Assembly: GCA_963677105.1 (NCBI GenBank)
Contig: OY781871.1
Location: 900,001-932,000, forward strand
DNA: 32,000 nucleotides
Direction of reading: 5' to 3'
From: Candidatus Saccharimonadota bacterium
GTDB taxonomy: Bacteria > Patescibacteriota > Gracilibacteria > UBA4473
Positions 8,745 to 17,106 of this stretch are shown piece after piece (positions within the stretch are counted from its first letter, which is position 1; the number at the start of each line of letters is the position of its first letter). The notes under the pieces were generated by a model that was not told where the DNA came from, ran no database searches, and saw only the letters and a program-made list of their open reading frames with translations. A program made the position numbers and the translations under genes.

Positions 8745-9131
8745 ATGTATTTACAAATGGGAGTTGTAGCATCTGGATTGGAATTCAATTCAGTAACACC
8801 AGAGGAAGATAAAGAGAAGCAATTGAAAGAAAACATGCTTCTTTCATTCCAAATGGTTGCGGCTGCAGTGAGGAAAATCATAGAGAAAGAGCCAGAGGAT
8901 ATACGAAAAAACTTTTTTGAAAAATTACCAGAATTAGGGAATAAAACGAGATTTTTAGTTATAGTGGAATCGCTTATAAATACGATTTCATTAAAGACAA
9001 AAGAAATAATACAGAATGGAAAAGATGGCGAGGGAATAAATGAAGATTTAATAATTGTTCCTCAGGACATAAAGAGTCGAGTAAAGGAAGAGATAGAAGT
9101 GGTAAAAATGCAACAGAATAAATTAAACTAA
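8745..9131 (+). CDS. hypothetical protein (128 aa, Glu/Lys-rich)
   Basis: ORF with coding-like composition and no recognisable motif. It is followed 16 nt later by the methyltransferase gene. Confidence 0.5.
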   Translation: MYLQMGVVASGLEFNSVTPEEDKEKQLKENMLLSFQMVAAAVRKIIEKEPEDIRKNFFEKLPELGNKTRFLVIVESLINTISLKTKEIIQNGKDGEGINEDLIIVPQDIKSRVKEEIEVVKMQQNKLN

Positions 9132-9147
9132 TTTTTTTATTTTTTAA

Positions 9148-10113
9148 ATGGAATATCAAGAAGACGCTTCTGTTGATAAAATAAAAGCCTTATTTCTTGA
9201 TGAGCTTGGTGGTGATAATGATGAAGAGAGTAATACAAGTATGCAATCTGAAGATATTGATTTAAGGAATTGTCATCCATCTGAATATGACTTGGCAACG
9301 GGTTGTATAGGTACAGGGTTGGGAAAATTACATGATGGATATTTTGGGAAAGCAGCAATTGCAGAAGTATTTCGAAACGCTGTCATGGAGATAGTTCATG
9401 AACTTCCAGATGAACCAGTTATATTAGGAATTGGTTCTGGTCCTGGATTACCAGAAATACAAGTAAAGCGTATTTTAGAAGAGGTGGGGAAAAGACCGAA
9501 ATTAATTCTTTCAGATAAAATTGGAAGAGCTATGAAAGGTCATTATAAAGGATTTGAACCAGGAGAAAATACAGAAAAAAAAGTTTTTGATAATAAACGG
9601 ATGCAGATAGGGAGTGAATCAATAGATATTGTTATTGCACGTTCATCAGTTCATTATGAAAAGACAGAAGCAGCTCGATTAGTTGTTTTGCGTGAAGTAC
9701 AAAGAGTATTGAAACCAGGAGGAGTTTTTCTTCATCAAGAACATGCTATTTCTACACAAGAGGAGGCAGATTTTGCAAACATGGAAAGAGGATTAGTAGG
9801 AAAACATTCTACTCATATAACTACACAACGTGAGCTTGAAATGCATGAAATGGTGTTTAGCGAAGAGAATGTTCGATTAGCTGATGTGCAACCAGCGCCT
9901 CTTTATGATGATTGGAAAAATTTTTGTAAACGATTTAATTTAAATGATGAGGCTAAAAAAGAGGAGAAAGAGAGAATTTTGAAGACAATAGTGGCTTATA
10001 TAGAACCAAGACTAGCGCAAATGCCGAATGTTTCTTTACGAGATGATGAAAACAATAAATATCATCACATAACACCATTTCAATTAATTATTGCTAAAAA
10101 CAAGGAATTATAG
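9148..10113 (+). CDS. class I SAM-dependent methyltransferase with an acidic ~60-aa N-terminal extension
   Basis: Motif I ILGIGSGPGLPE, an acidic post-I residue (LILSD), and motif IV-like VLKPGGVFL. The substrate is unknown. Confidence 0.7.
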   Translation: MEYQEDASVDKIKALFLDELGGDNDEESNTSMQSEDIDLRNCHPSEYDLATGCIGTGLGKLHDGYFGKAAIAEVFRNAVMEIVHELPDEPVILGIGSGPGLPEIQVKRILEEVGKRPKLILSDKIGRAMKGHYKGFEPGENTEKKVFDNKRMQIGSESIDIVIARSSVHYEKTEAARLVVLREVQRVLKPGGVFLHQEHAISTQEEADFANMERGLVGKHSTHITTQRELEMHEMVFSEENVRLADVQPAPLYDDWKNFCKRFNLNDEAKKEEKERILKTIVAYIEPRLAQMPNVSLRDDENNKYHHITPFQLIIAKNKEL

Positions 10114-10149
10114 AAGAAAATGAGAAAGAAGGTATTGCTTAAAAATATA

Positions 10150-10923
10150 TTATTTTAAATTATCCCAAGCGTTGTCGAAAATAGTTCGGAATAGTTTTGT
10201 AATAACAGAACCTTGGAACACAAATCCAACCGGTTTTTTCTTGTCAAAAGTAATGACGGCGACTTTATCACCATAAATACGAATATCTCCTTCAATAGGG
10301 AAATTTTCAGCAAATTTAATTTCTCGGTTTTCATTTTGTTGTGCATGTTTCAGCGTCATTTCATTCTTTGGTAAGATGTCGTGAGAAGTTATACATTTTT
10401 CGGTTCGTTTTTTTATGTATTTTGGGACATAGTCTGCTCCCACCATTTCATATGTTTTTTCAATATCAATCCAACTATAAATGTTTTTATCAGTCGATTC
10501 TGCTGTTTGCAACATATCTTCATAAATTTCAACAATTCCTTCTTTGCCTTCGTAATACATTACTTCAGGTTTCCAGGAACTTTTGTGAATATCTGATAAA
10601 AAAGCATGTATATCTAATTTTGCTTGATCATACACAGATTGATTTGTGTTTTTTTGCTCATCAATCCAATTTAGAAATTCTTGTTCAGAGCAAACTTTAA
10701 ATACTTCTTCTTCTCCAGGAGTACAGGTTATTAATCCTTTCGAGATAAGTTTTGAAAGATAGTATTGTACGGAACTAAAAGCAATGGTGCTTTCTTTACT
10801 TATTTCACGAGCAGTAAATTCTTTGTGATGAAATAAAATATTGAGAATTTTAATCTCACTGTCTGAAAACCCAAGAGATTTCAGAGACTGTCGGATATGA
10901 AGTGTCGAATAATGTGCACCCAT
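10150..10923 (-). CDS. TrmB-family transcriptional regulator
   Basis: N-terminal winged HTH LKSLGFSDSEIKILNILFHHKEFTAREISKESTIAFSSVQYYLSKLISKGLI matches the TrmB pattern. The C-terminal ~170 aa form an effector-type domain. Confidence 0.7.
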   Translation of the reverse strand: MGAHYSTLHIRQSLKSLGFSDSEIKILNILFHHKEFTAREISKESTIAFSSVQYYLSKLISKGLITCTPGEEEVFKVCSEQEFLNWIDEQKNTNQSVYDQAKLDIHAFLSDIHKSSWKPEVMYYEGKEGIVEIYEDMLQTAESTDKNIYSWIDIEKTYEMVGADYVPKYIKKRTEKCITSHDILPKNEMTLKHAQQNENREIKFAENFPIEGDIRIYGDKVAVITFDKKKPVGFVFQGSVITKLFRTIFDNAWDNLK

Positions 10924-10933
10924 GAGTTATTTA

Positions 10934-11554
10934 CTAATGTTTTTGTTGTTCATAGTCTTCAATAACAGATTCTAATTCATTCATAAGATTAGAATACATG
11001 TTTTGATAACTAAGAGAAATTTGATGAAAGTGATCTGACATCAATGGAATATATGTATTTTTTAATTCATTGATCCATTTTTCTTGCTTTTCAGGAGACA
11101 AAGAGGCAAGCGTTTTGAGATTATGAATCAAATCTGCAATTTTTAAAAAAAAGACAGACGCATCCATCTTTAATGCTTCTTCAATTTGATTAAAATATTC
11201 TTTTTGTTGTACAGCTCGATCTGTTAGATCTGTGTTTTTTGAAACAGCTTGAATGAGATAAAAAATGTCGTTTCCAAACTCTTTATAAATTTTATTTTCT
11301 ATTGCTTCTTTTTCCTCTTTTGTTTTGCTATCTTCAATCACATCATGGAGAAGTGCCGCAATTATCATATCTTCACTTCCTCCAATTTTATACAAAATAG
11401 AAGCCACTTCTATCGGATGAACGATAAAAGGTTCACCAGATTTTCGTTTTTGATTTGTATGTACTTTTTCTGCAAGTTCGTATGCCTTCAGAACATTTTC
11501 TAAATTAAAATGAACATCATCTTTTATTCGATTTTTCAAATCACTAAAAGGCAT
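10934..11554 (-). CDS. HD-domain (p)ppGpp hydrolase-like protein (SpoT/RelA hydrolase-domain-only, small alarmone hydrolase type)
   Basis: AEKVHTNQKRKSGEPFIVHPIEVASIL...AALLHDVIEDS is the SpoT/Mesh1 hydrolase signature. The start is set at MPFSDLK (11554) because the ORF-track extension to 11656 overlaps the tRNA-Asp promoter. Confidence 0.8.
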   Translation of the reverse strand: MPFSDLKNRIKDDVHFNLENVLKAYELAEKVHTNQKRKSGEPFIVHPIEVASILYKIGGSEDMIIAALLHDVIEDSKTKEEKEAIENKIYKEFGNDIFYLIQAVSKNTDLTDRAVQQKEYFNQIEEALKMDASVFFLKIADLIHNLKTLASLSPEKQEKWINELKNTYIPLMSDHFHQISLSYQNMYSNLMNELESVIEDYEQQKH

Positions 11555-11580
11555 ATTTAGAGAAACAAAACGACTTTTCC

Positions 11581-11609
11581 ACTTTAGGAGAAATGTATAT
11601 TTTTGGCAA
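11581..11609 (-). promoter_or_regulatory. sigma70-like promoter for the HD-TrmB operon
   Basis: On the minus strand: TTGCCA (11609-11604), 17-nt spacer, TAAAGT (11586-11581), about 26 nt upstream of ATG 11554. Confidence 0.4.
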
Positions 11610-11633
11610 GTAATAACTATTTCGTAAAAAAAG

Positions 11634-11661
11634 TTGACCGGATAAAATTTTCTCATACAAT
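11634..11661 (+). promoter_or_regulatory. sigma70-like promoter for tRNA-Asp
   Basis: TTGACC (11634-11639), 16-nt spacer, TACAAT (11656-11661), about 36 nt upstream of the tRNA 5' end. The leader contains a CTGC-TTCG-GCAG hairpin. Confidence 0.55.
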
Positions 11662-11697
11662 TCGCCTGCTGCTTCGGCAGAGTTCTTTGTTTGGTAT

Positions 11698-11774
11698 GAG
11701 AGTGTAGCTCAGCTGGTTAGAGCGCCGCCCTGTCACGGCGGAGGTCGCGGGTTCGAGTCCCGTCATTCTCGCCA
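11698..11774 (+). tRNA. tRNA-Asp (anticodon GTC), CCA encoded
   Basis: Manual cloverleaf: acceptor GAGAGTG/CATTCTC, D stem GCTC/GAGC, anticodon stem CCGCC/GGCGG with loop CTGTCAC, T arm GCGGG-TTCGAGT-CCCGT, then discriminator G and CCA. Length 77 nt. Confidence 0.93.
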
Positions 11775-11790
11775 CAAAAGAAAAAACAAA

Positions 11791-11815
11791 ACATCCAGAA
11801 ATGGATGTTTTTTAT
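11791..11815 (+). terminator. intrinsic terminator after tRNA-Asp
   Basis: Stem ACATCCA (11791-11797) / TGGATGT (11802-11808) with a GAAA loop, followed by TTTTTATTT. Confidence 0.75.
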
Positions 11816-11817
11816 TT

Positions 11818-11908
11818 CAAATAACAAAGTACAATGTACAAAGTAGAAAATTAAAAACAAAGACCGTTTCATATTTGATCTTTGCTATTTGTAATTTGAA
11901 ATTTGATT
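11818..11908. repeat. heptad-phased CAAANNN inverted-array element, copy B
   Basis: Direct heptads have C at 11818, 11825, 11832 and 11839. The inverted arm has TTTG at 11874, 11881, 11888, 11895 and 11902, in perfect 7-nt phase. The arms are about 2/3 complementary. The element abuts the stop of the convergent gene at 11907. Confidence 0.6.
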
Positions 11909-12473
11909 ATGCTTCTACTTCAACTTTTTCTGGTATAACATTCTCAATTGCTCCCCATGTAGCAATTCCATCTTCAGGAATAGTTACTGTTACAGTATCT
12001 CCTATATTTGCGCGGAAGAATGTTACAGAAGCATATAAAACGTTATAGCTTCGAATATCACCTAATACTTTATATTGGGTTCCATCGAGAATAAGTTTTC
12101 CTGTAGCGAGTTTTCGTGGAATAAGTTCAATTTGCTTATAAACAAAAGCTCCATTTGGTTTAATGGTGAGTTTTAATGTATCTCCTTCAACAAGTTTTGA
12201 TTTTGATGCGTAATTAGCTGGAACGGGATAGGTTTGATTGTCAGCAGTTACCATATTTTTTCCGTCGAATAATCCTTCAAGAACCTGTTCTTCGCCCAAA
12301 TCTTCTGCTCCAATTTCCATATCTTGAATGCGAGATTTTAATGGATTCAGTTCTACATCATGATGTTGTGCAAGAACATCAAGCCACTTTTCAGCAGCAT
12401 CAAAGGCAGCTTTCCCCGTAGAGATTGAGTCACTTATTTTTTTTACAATATCTGCGGGATCAGTATTTTTCAT
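11907..12473 (-). CDS. hypothetical protein (188 aa)
   Basis: Clean ORF behind a near-consensus promoter. It has a helical N-terminal third and a beta-rich C-terminal part (TLKLTIKPNGAFVYKQIELIPRK...VTVTIPEDG). I recognise no family. Confidence 0.6.
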   Translation of the reverse strand: MKNTDPADIVKKISDSISTGKAAFDAAEKWLDVLAQHHDVELNPLKSRIQDMEIGAEDLGEEQVLEGLFDGKNMVTADNQTYPVPANYASKSKLVEGDTLKLTIKPNGAFVYKQIELIPRKLATGKLILDGTQYKVLGDIRSYNVLYASVTFFRANIGDTVTVTIPEDGIATWGAIENVIPEKVEVEA

Positions 12474-12500
12474 GTGTGTTTTAGGTTTACGTTTCCAGCC

Positions 12501-12529
12501 ATTATATCAAAAAAAATGAGATTTTTCAA
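12501..12529 (-). promoter_or_regulatory. near-consensus extended -10 promoter
   Basis: On the minus strand: TTGAAA (12529-12524), 17-nt spacer, TGaTATAAT (12509-12501). It lies about 27 nt upstream of ATG 12473. Confidence 0.6.
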
Positions 12530-12581
12530 CTGGTTTTCTCAGAAAATTTAAGTAAACTATCCTTGTTCCTTATATACAAAA

Positions 12582-13958
12582 ATGGCAGACCAGAAATTGA
12601 TGGAGAAAATTGTTTCCCTTTGTAAGCGTCGTGGAATTATTTTTCCGAGTTCAGAAATTTACGGAGGATTCGCAAATTCATATACATATGGACCACTTGG
12701 GTCAGAAATTAAAAAGAATATAAAGGATCTCTGGTGGCAGCGATTTGTTCGAAATCGTGAAGATATGGTAGGAATTGATGGACCAATTCTTCTTCATCCA
12801 AAAACGTGGGAAGCAAGTGGACATATTGCGGGATTTAACGATCAAATGGTTGATTGTAAAAATTGTCGTGCGCGACTGCGAGCAGACCATATTGTTGAGG
12901 AAGCTTTGAAAATTGATTGTGAAGGATTAGAAGATGATGCAGTTTCGAAGTTAATTGAGGAAAATGATATTAAATGTCCGAAATGTGGAATGAAGGATTT
13001 TACGGATGTACGAAAATTCAATCTGATGTTTTCTACGGAAATGGCGAAAACAGGAGATGATTCAAAGGCCTATTTACGACCAGAAACAGCTCAAGCAATT
13101 TTTCTTGAATATAAAAATGTAGTGGATTCAACTCGTGTAAAATTACCATTTGGTATCGGTCAAATAGGAAAAGCGTTCCGAAATGAAATTACGCCGGGAA
13201 ATTTTATTTTTCGTGTGATTGAGTTTGAGCAAATGGAAATTGAGTATTTTATCCATGAAAAAGATTGGAAAGAATATTTTGATAAATGGTTTGATGAAAT
13301 GAGAAAGTGGTGTAGTGATATTGGCTTGCCAGCAGAAAATTGTCATGAATATGAACACGCAAAAGAAAAATTGTCTCATTATTCAAAGCGAACAGTAGAT
13401 ATTGAGTTTGATTTTCCATTTGGGAAAAAAGAATTATATGGACTAGCATATCGAACAGATTTTGATCTTTCTCAACATGAGAAATTTTCAGGACAAAAAT
13501 TGCGATGGCGTGATGAAGGAGGAGAACCATTTGTTCCTCACGTGTTAGAACCAACTTTTGGTGTAGATCGTTCCGTTTTAGCAGCCATTTGTGCGGCGTA
13601 TACAGAAGAAAAATTAGAAGATGGATCTGAGCGCGTTGTTTTGAAAATGAAACCCGTAATTGCGCCGGTAAAAGTGGCTGTTTTTCCGCTTATGAAAAAA
13701 GATGGAATGCCTGAAAAAGCACGTGAAATTTTACAGAAACTACAAATTTTTGGTGCGGTTCAATACGACGAGGGAGGAGCAATTGGGAAACGATATCGTC
13801 GACATGATGAAATTGGAACGCCTGTTTGTATTACTGTTGATTATGATACATTAGAAGACAACACCGTTACTGTTCGAGATCGAGATACGATGGAACAGGA
13901 GCGAGTAGCTATTCCTGATTTAGTTTCTCTTTTGAATGAAAAATACTTTATCGCCTAG
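12582..13958 (+). CDS. glyQS: glycyl-tRNA synthetase (dimeric GlyQS type)
   Basis: N-terminal CKRRGIIFPSSEIYGG...YGPLG and class II motifs (RPETAQAIF, GIGQIGKAFRNEITP, FRVIEFEQMEIEYF), plus a C-terminal anticodon-binding domain. Confidence 0.9.
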   Translation: MADQKLMEKIVSLCKRRGIIFPSSEIYGGFANSYTYGPLGSEIKKNIKDLWWQRFVRNREDMVGIDGPILLHPKTWEASGHIAGFNDQMVDCKNCRARLRADHIVEEALKIDCEGLEDDAVSKLIEENDIKCPKCGMKDFTDVRKFNLMFSTEMAKTGDDSKAYLRPETAQAIFLEYKNVVDSTRVKLPFGIGQIGKAFRNEITPGNFIFRVIEFEQMEIEYFIHEKDWKEYFDKWFDEMRKWCSDIGLPAENCHEYEHAKEKLSHYSKRTVDIEFDFPFGKKELYGLAYRTDFDLSQHEKFSGQKLRWRDEGGEPFVPHVLEPTFGVDRSVLAAICAAYTEEKLEDGSERVVLKMKPVIAPVKVAVFPLMKKDGMPEKAREILQKLQIFGAVQYDEGGAIGKRYRRHDEIGTPVCITVDYDTLEDNTVTVRDRDTMEQERVAIPDLVSLLNEKYFIA

Positions 13959-14229
13959 TCAGCAGACCAAAAAATATTGGTTTCGACCAAAACGATATGG
14001 ATATGGATTTGAACCTATTTCATGGGAAGGTTGGTTGGTGACGTTTTTATTTATTCTTGCAATATTGGGATGGGGAAAATTTATAGGATTTTTTTCGCCT
14101 GAAGGAGATGGAGAAAAAGGAGTTTTAGAGTTTTTGCTGGGAATAGGAGCACTTATTTTTGTTTTCTTTCAAATAGCAATTCCTCGATGTAAAGGAGAAT
14201 TGAAGTGGAATTGGGGCTTGAAAAAATAG
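13936..14229 (+). CDS. small hypothetical membrane protein (97 aa)
   Basis: Two hydrophobic helices (WLVTFLFILAILGW, LLGIGALIFVFFQIAI) follow a basic N-terminus containing KRYGYGFEPISWEGW. The ORF overlaps the glyQS end by 23 nt. Confidence 0.45.
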   Translation: MKNTLSPSQQTKKYWFRPKRYGYGFEPISWEGWLVTFLFILAILGWGKFIGFFSPEGDGEKGVLEFLLGIGALIFVFFQIAIPRCKGELKWNWGLKK

Positions 14230-14279
14230 TTTTATTGTGCTATAATTGTCTTTCTTATTTTTATAAAACAAACAAACTT

Positions 14280-14927
14280 ATGAAAGCAGTAGATTTTCCT
14301 ATCAATTCAGGACTTGATCCAGATCACTTTCGTGTTGCTATTTTTGGTTCAGCACGAATCAAACCAGAAGATGAAATTTACAAAAACACGTTTGAATTAG
14401 CATCGGAAATTGGGAAAAAAGACATGGATGTAGTCACAGGAGGAGGTCCAGGACTTATGGAAGCGGCCAATTACGGACATAAAACAGGTTCTACGCCAGA
14501 ATTTAAATCAATTGGTCTTACGATTGAGCTTCCGCATGAACAGGATGGAAATAAGCATCTAGATATAAAAGAGCATTTTCAACGATTTGCAGAACGTCTT
14601 GAAACATTTATGCAACTTTCAAACGTTGTGGTAGTGATGCCTGGAGGAATTGGAACAGCGCTTGAGTTGTTTTATTCTTGGCAGTTGGTGCAAGTAGGAA
14701 AAGTTGGTCGAGTACCAATTATTCTCCACAGTAATGCATGGCATAGAATTCGTGATTGGGTTCGTGATAATCTTCTTGCGGGAGGATTTATTAGTGCAGA
14801 AGATATGGATTACATTTACTGTGTTCAAAATAATGAAGAAGCAATGGAGCTTATTGATGAGTTTCATTCTCAATTCAAAGAGCATGGAGAAACATATAAC
14901 CTTGATTCTAAGAAATATGTAGTCTAA
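14280..14927 (+). CDS. LOG-family (TIGR00730, lysine-decarboxylase-like) nucleotide phosphoribohydrolase
   Basis: VAIFGSAR..., VVTGGGPGLMEAAN and PGGIGTALEL are the LOG signature motifs. The start is set at MKAVDF (14280) rather than the track start at 14205. Confidence 0.8.
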   Translation: MKAVDFPINSGLDPDHFRVAIFGSARIKPEDEIYKNTFELASEIGKKDMDVVTGGGPGLMEAANYGHKTGSTPEFKSIGLTIELPHEQDGNKHLDIKEHFQRFAERLETFMQLSNVVVVMPGGIGTALELFYSWQLVQVGKVGRVPIILHSNAWHRIRDWVRDNLLAGGFISAEDMDYIYCVQNNEEAMELIDEFHSQFKEHGETYNLDSKKYVV

Positions 14928-14950
14928 TCAAATTATTTGAAACCAAAATA

Positions 14951-14976
14951 AGGCAGACGAAAGTCTGCTTTTTTTT
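14951..14976 (+). terminator. intrinsic terminator after the LOG gene
   Basis: Stem GCAGAC (14953-14958) / GTCTGC (14963-14968) with a GAAA loop, followed by 8 T (14969-14976). Confidence 0.8.
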
Positions 14977-15003
14977 ATATGAAATATCGTTATACTTCAC
15001 TCG

Positions 15004-15978
15004 ATGTCACGAGTTTTAACCGGTATTCAGCCAAGCGGAAATCTTCACTGGGGAAATTATTTTGGTGCGATTCGTCCCATGATTGAAGCACAAAAAGGAG
15101 AAGAAGAGCTTTTCTTTTTTATTGCAGATTTACACGCTTTTACGTCAGTTCGTGATCCAAAATTATTTCGTGAAAATCAAAAAAATATTATTTTAGATTA
15201 TTTAGCCTTGGGATTAGATCCAGAGAAATCATTATTTTATCGTCAATCTGATATTGCAGAACATGCAGAATTGGCGTGGTATTTGAACTGTTTATGTCCG
15301 ATTGGACTTTTGGAACGAGCACATTCTTTCAAAGACAAAAAAGCAAAAGGATTAGAAGCAAACGCAGGTTTATTTACGTATCCAATGTTAATGGCAGCGG
15401 ATATTTTATTGTATTCTGCAAATAAAATTCCTGTTGGAAAAGATCAGAAACAACATGTAGAAATGGCGCGTGATATCGGACAAAAGTTTAATCATCAATT
15501 TGGAGAAATTTTTGTATTACCTGAGCCGATGATTGCGAAACAAGTACAAACAATCCCAGGATTAGATGGACAGAAAATGTCAAAATCGTATGGAAACACG
15601 ATTTCTATTTTTGAAGAAGAGAAAAAACTGAAGAAACAAATAAATTCAATTAAAACAGCTTCTATTGAAATGGGAAATCCGATCGATCCAGACACGTGTC
15701 CAATTTTCGCGTTTCATACATTGTTTGAAACACCAAATTTAGATAATTTAGCAGCACAATATCGAGCAGGTGAAATTGGGTTTGGTGGATCCAAAAAATT
15801 ATTATTTGAACGAGTTTGGGAATATTTTCGTCCAGCGAGAGAGAAACGTGCTGAATTTGAAAAAAACTTCGATCAAGTAGAGAAAATCATGAAAAAAGGA
15901 GCAGAAAAAGCGAGAGTTATTGCTCGGAAAAAATTAGATGAAGTGAGAAATACAATAGGAATAGGCGCTTCGTTTTAA
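15004..15978 (+). CDS. trpS: tryptophanyl-tRNA synthetase
   Basis: TGIQPSGNLHWGNYFG (HIGH region) and KMSKS, with the class Ic architecture and a length of 324 aa. Confidence 0.9.
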   Translation: MSRVLTGIQPSGNLHWGNYFGAIRPMIEAQKGEEELFFFIADLHAFTSVRDPKLFRENQKNIILDYLALGLDPEKSLFYRQSDIAEHAELAWYLNCLCPIGLLERAHSFKDKKAKGLEANAGLFTYPMLMAADILLYSANKIPVGKDQKQHVEMARDIGQKFNHQFGEIFVLPEPMIAKQVQTIPGLDGQKMSKSYGNTISIFEEEKKLKKQINSIKTASIEMGNPIDPDTCPIFAFHTLFETPNLDNLAAQYRAGEIGFGGSKKLLFERVWEYFRPAREKRAEFEKNFDQVEKIMKKGAEKARVIARKKLDEVRNTIGIGASF

Positions 15979-15982
15979 GCAT

Positions 15983-16033
15983 CAAATATCAAATTTCAAA
16001 GAGCAAAGTACGAAATTGATAAATTGTATTTTG
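15983..16033. repeat. heptad-phased CAAANNN element, copy C
   Basis: Heptads have C at 15983, 15990, 15997, 16004 and 16011. A short inverted arm has TTG at 16024 and 16031. The element begins 5 nt after the trpS stop. Confidence 0.5.
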
Positions 16034-16066
16034 ATATAACTTTTTGTGTAGAGCAAGCTGGGTGGG

Positions 16067-16095
16067 TTGAAAAAAGGCGTTAAATCAGGTATAAT
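16067..16095 (+). promoter_or_regulatory. consensus-like sigma70 promoter for the sortase gene
   Basis: TTGAAA (16067-16072), 17-nt spacer, TATAAT (16090-16095), 21 nt upstream of ATG 16117. Confidence 0.6.
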
Positions 16096-16116
16096 GTCCT
16101 GAATTTTTCGTAAAAA

Positions 16117-17001
16117 ATGTCACATCAACTAAAGATATCGTTTGGGCTAAAAGAGCCAGAACAACAGCCAGAAACTCAACTTTCGTTGGCTGATTACTGG
16201 GAATTGATACATTCGCCTGATGAGCGAGAAATTTTAGATGAACCAGAAATAGAAGAACAAGAAAAAACCGTTCCATTTAATTTTAAACTTAAACGAAGAC
16301 GTCCTTTTTGGAAAGACTTAGCAACATTTGGTGCTACTTCATTAGTTATGTGGGGAATTTCTAATGTAGCCTTAAATTTTTCAGCATTTGCAGAAATTAC
16401 AGAATATAAAGCCAAAAGTTTAACCACATCGGTTGTATCAATATTTGAGATGAAGCAAGAAACGCCTTTAGTTTTAGAGGGGAAAAGTATTCCTCAAAAA
16501 AAGATCCAAAAAAATCATGTAGCAGAGGTTTTTGAAAGTTGGAGTGTTCATCCATCAGATGATCGTTTGGTTATTCCTCGTATTCATAAAAATGTTCCAC
16601 TTGTTACTGTTCCGACACATCGAAATTGGAAACAATTAGAAACAAATATTCAGAAAGGATTACAAGGTGGAGTGGTTGTACATCCAGTTTCTCATTCACC
16701 AGAAAGCATGGGAAATTTTTTCCTTACAGGACATTCTTCGTATTACGCGTGGGATAGTGGTCGTTACAAAGATGTATTTGCCTTACTTCATGAAGTGCAA
16801 AAAGGGGATATTGCTGAGGTTTACTGGAAAGGAAAAAAATATGTGTATGAGTTAACGCAGACAAAAATTATTCCGCCAACGGAAACATCTGTTTTGAAAC
16901 AACCAAATGATCGTCGAATTATTACGTTGATGACGTGTACACCAGTTGGAACGAATAAAAATCGATTGATTTGGACCGGAAATCTTATCAAGGTCGAGTA
17001 G
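16117..17001 (+). CDS. sortase-family transpeptidase
   Basis: N-terminal membrane anchor (FGATSLVMWGISNVALNF), catalytic His (FLTGHSS), the TLMTCTP cysteine motif and a downstream Arg (NKNRLIW). Confidence 0.8.
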   Translation: MSHQLKISFGLKEPEQQPETQLSLADYWELIHSPDEREILDEPEIEEQEKTVPFNFKLKRRRPFWKDLATFGATSLVMWGISNVALNFSAFAEITEYKAKSLTTSVVSIFEMKQETPLVLEGKSIPQKKIQKNHVAEVFESWSVHPSDDRLVIPRIHKNVPLVTVPTHRNWKQLETNIQKGLQGGVVVHPVSHSPESMGNFFLTGHSSYYAWDSGRYKDVFALLHEVQKGDIAEVYWKGKKYVYELTQTKIIPPTETSVLKQPNDRRIITLMTCTPVGTNKNRLIWTGNLIKVE

Positions 17002-17022
17002 TCGTCTCGCTTTGCGAGACTC

Positions 17023-17097
17023 CAAATATCAAACTACAAACTACAAATATGGATAGATTTGTTATTTTGAATCTGAAGCTTGAAGATTGTAGTTTAG
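17023..17097. repeat. heptad-phased CAAANNN inverted-array element, copy D
   Basis: Heptads have C at 17023, 17030, 17037 and 17044. The inverted arm has TG at 17060, 17068, 17074, 17081 and 17088. AAACTACAA (17031-17039, repeated at 17038-17046) is perfectly complementary to TTGTAGTTT (17087-17095). A 7-bp hairpin GTCTCGC-TTT-GCGAGAC (17004-17020) precedes the element. It lies between convergent genes. Confidence 0.55.
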
Positions 17098-17106
17098 AAG
17101 CCCAAT

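Noticed and set aside
11555-11656. The longer start (11656) for the HD hydrolase ORF.
   Set aside because: The extension (MRKFYPVNFFYEIVITCQKYTFLLKWKSRFVSLN) is atypical. Its ATG lies inside the TTGACC-N16-TACAAT promoter of tRNA-Asp. A good minus-strand promoter precedes ATG 11554.
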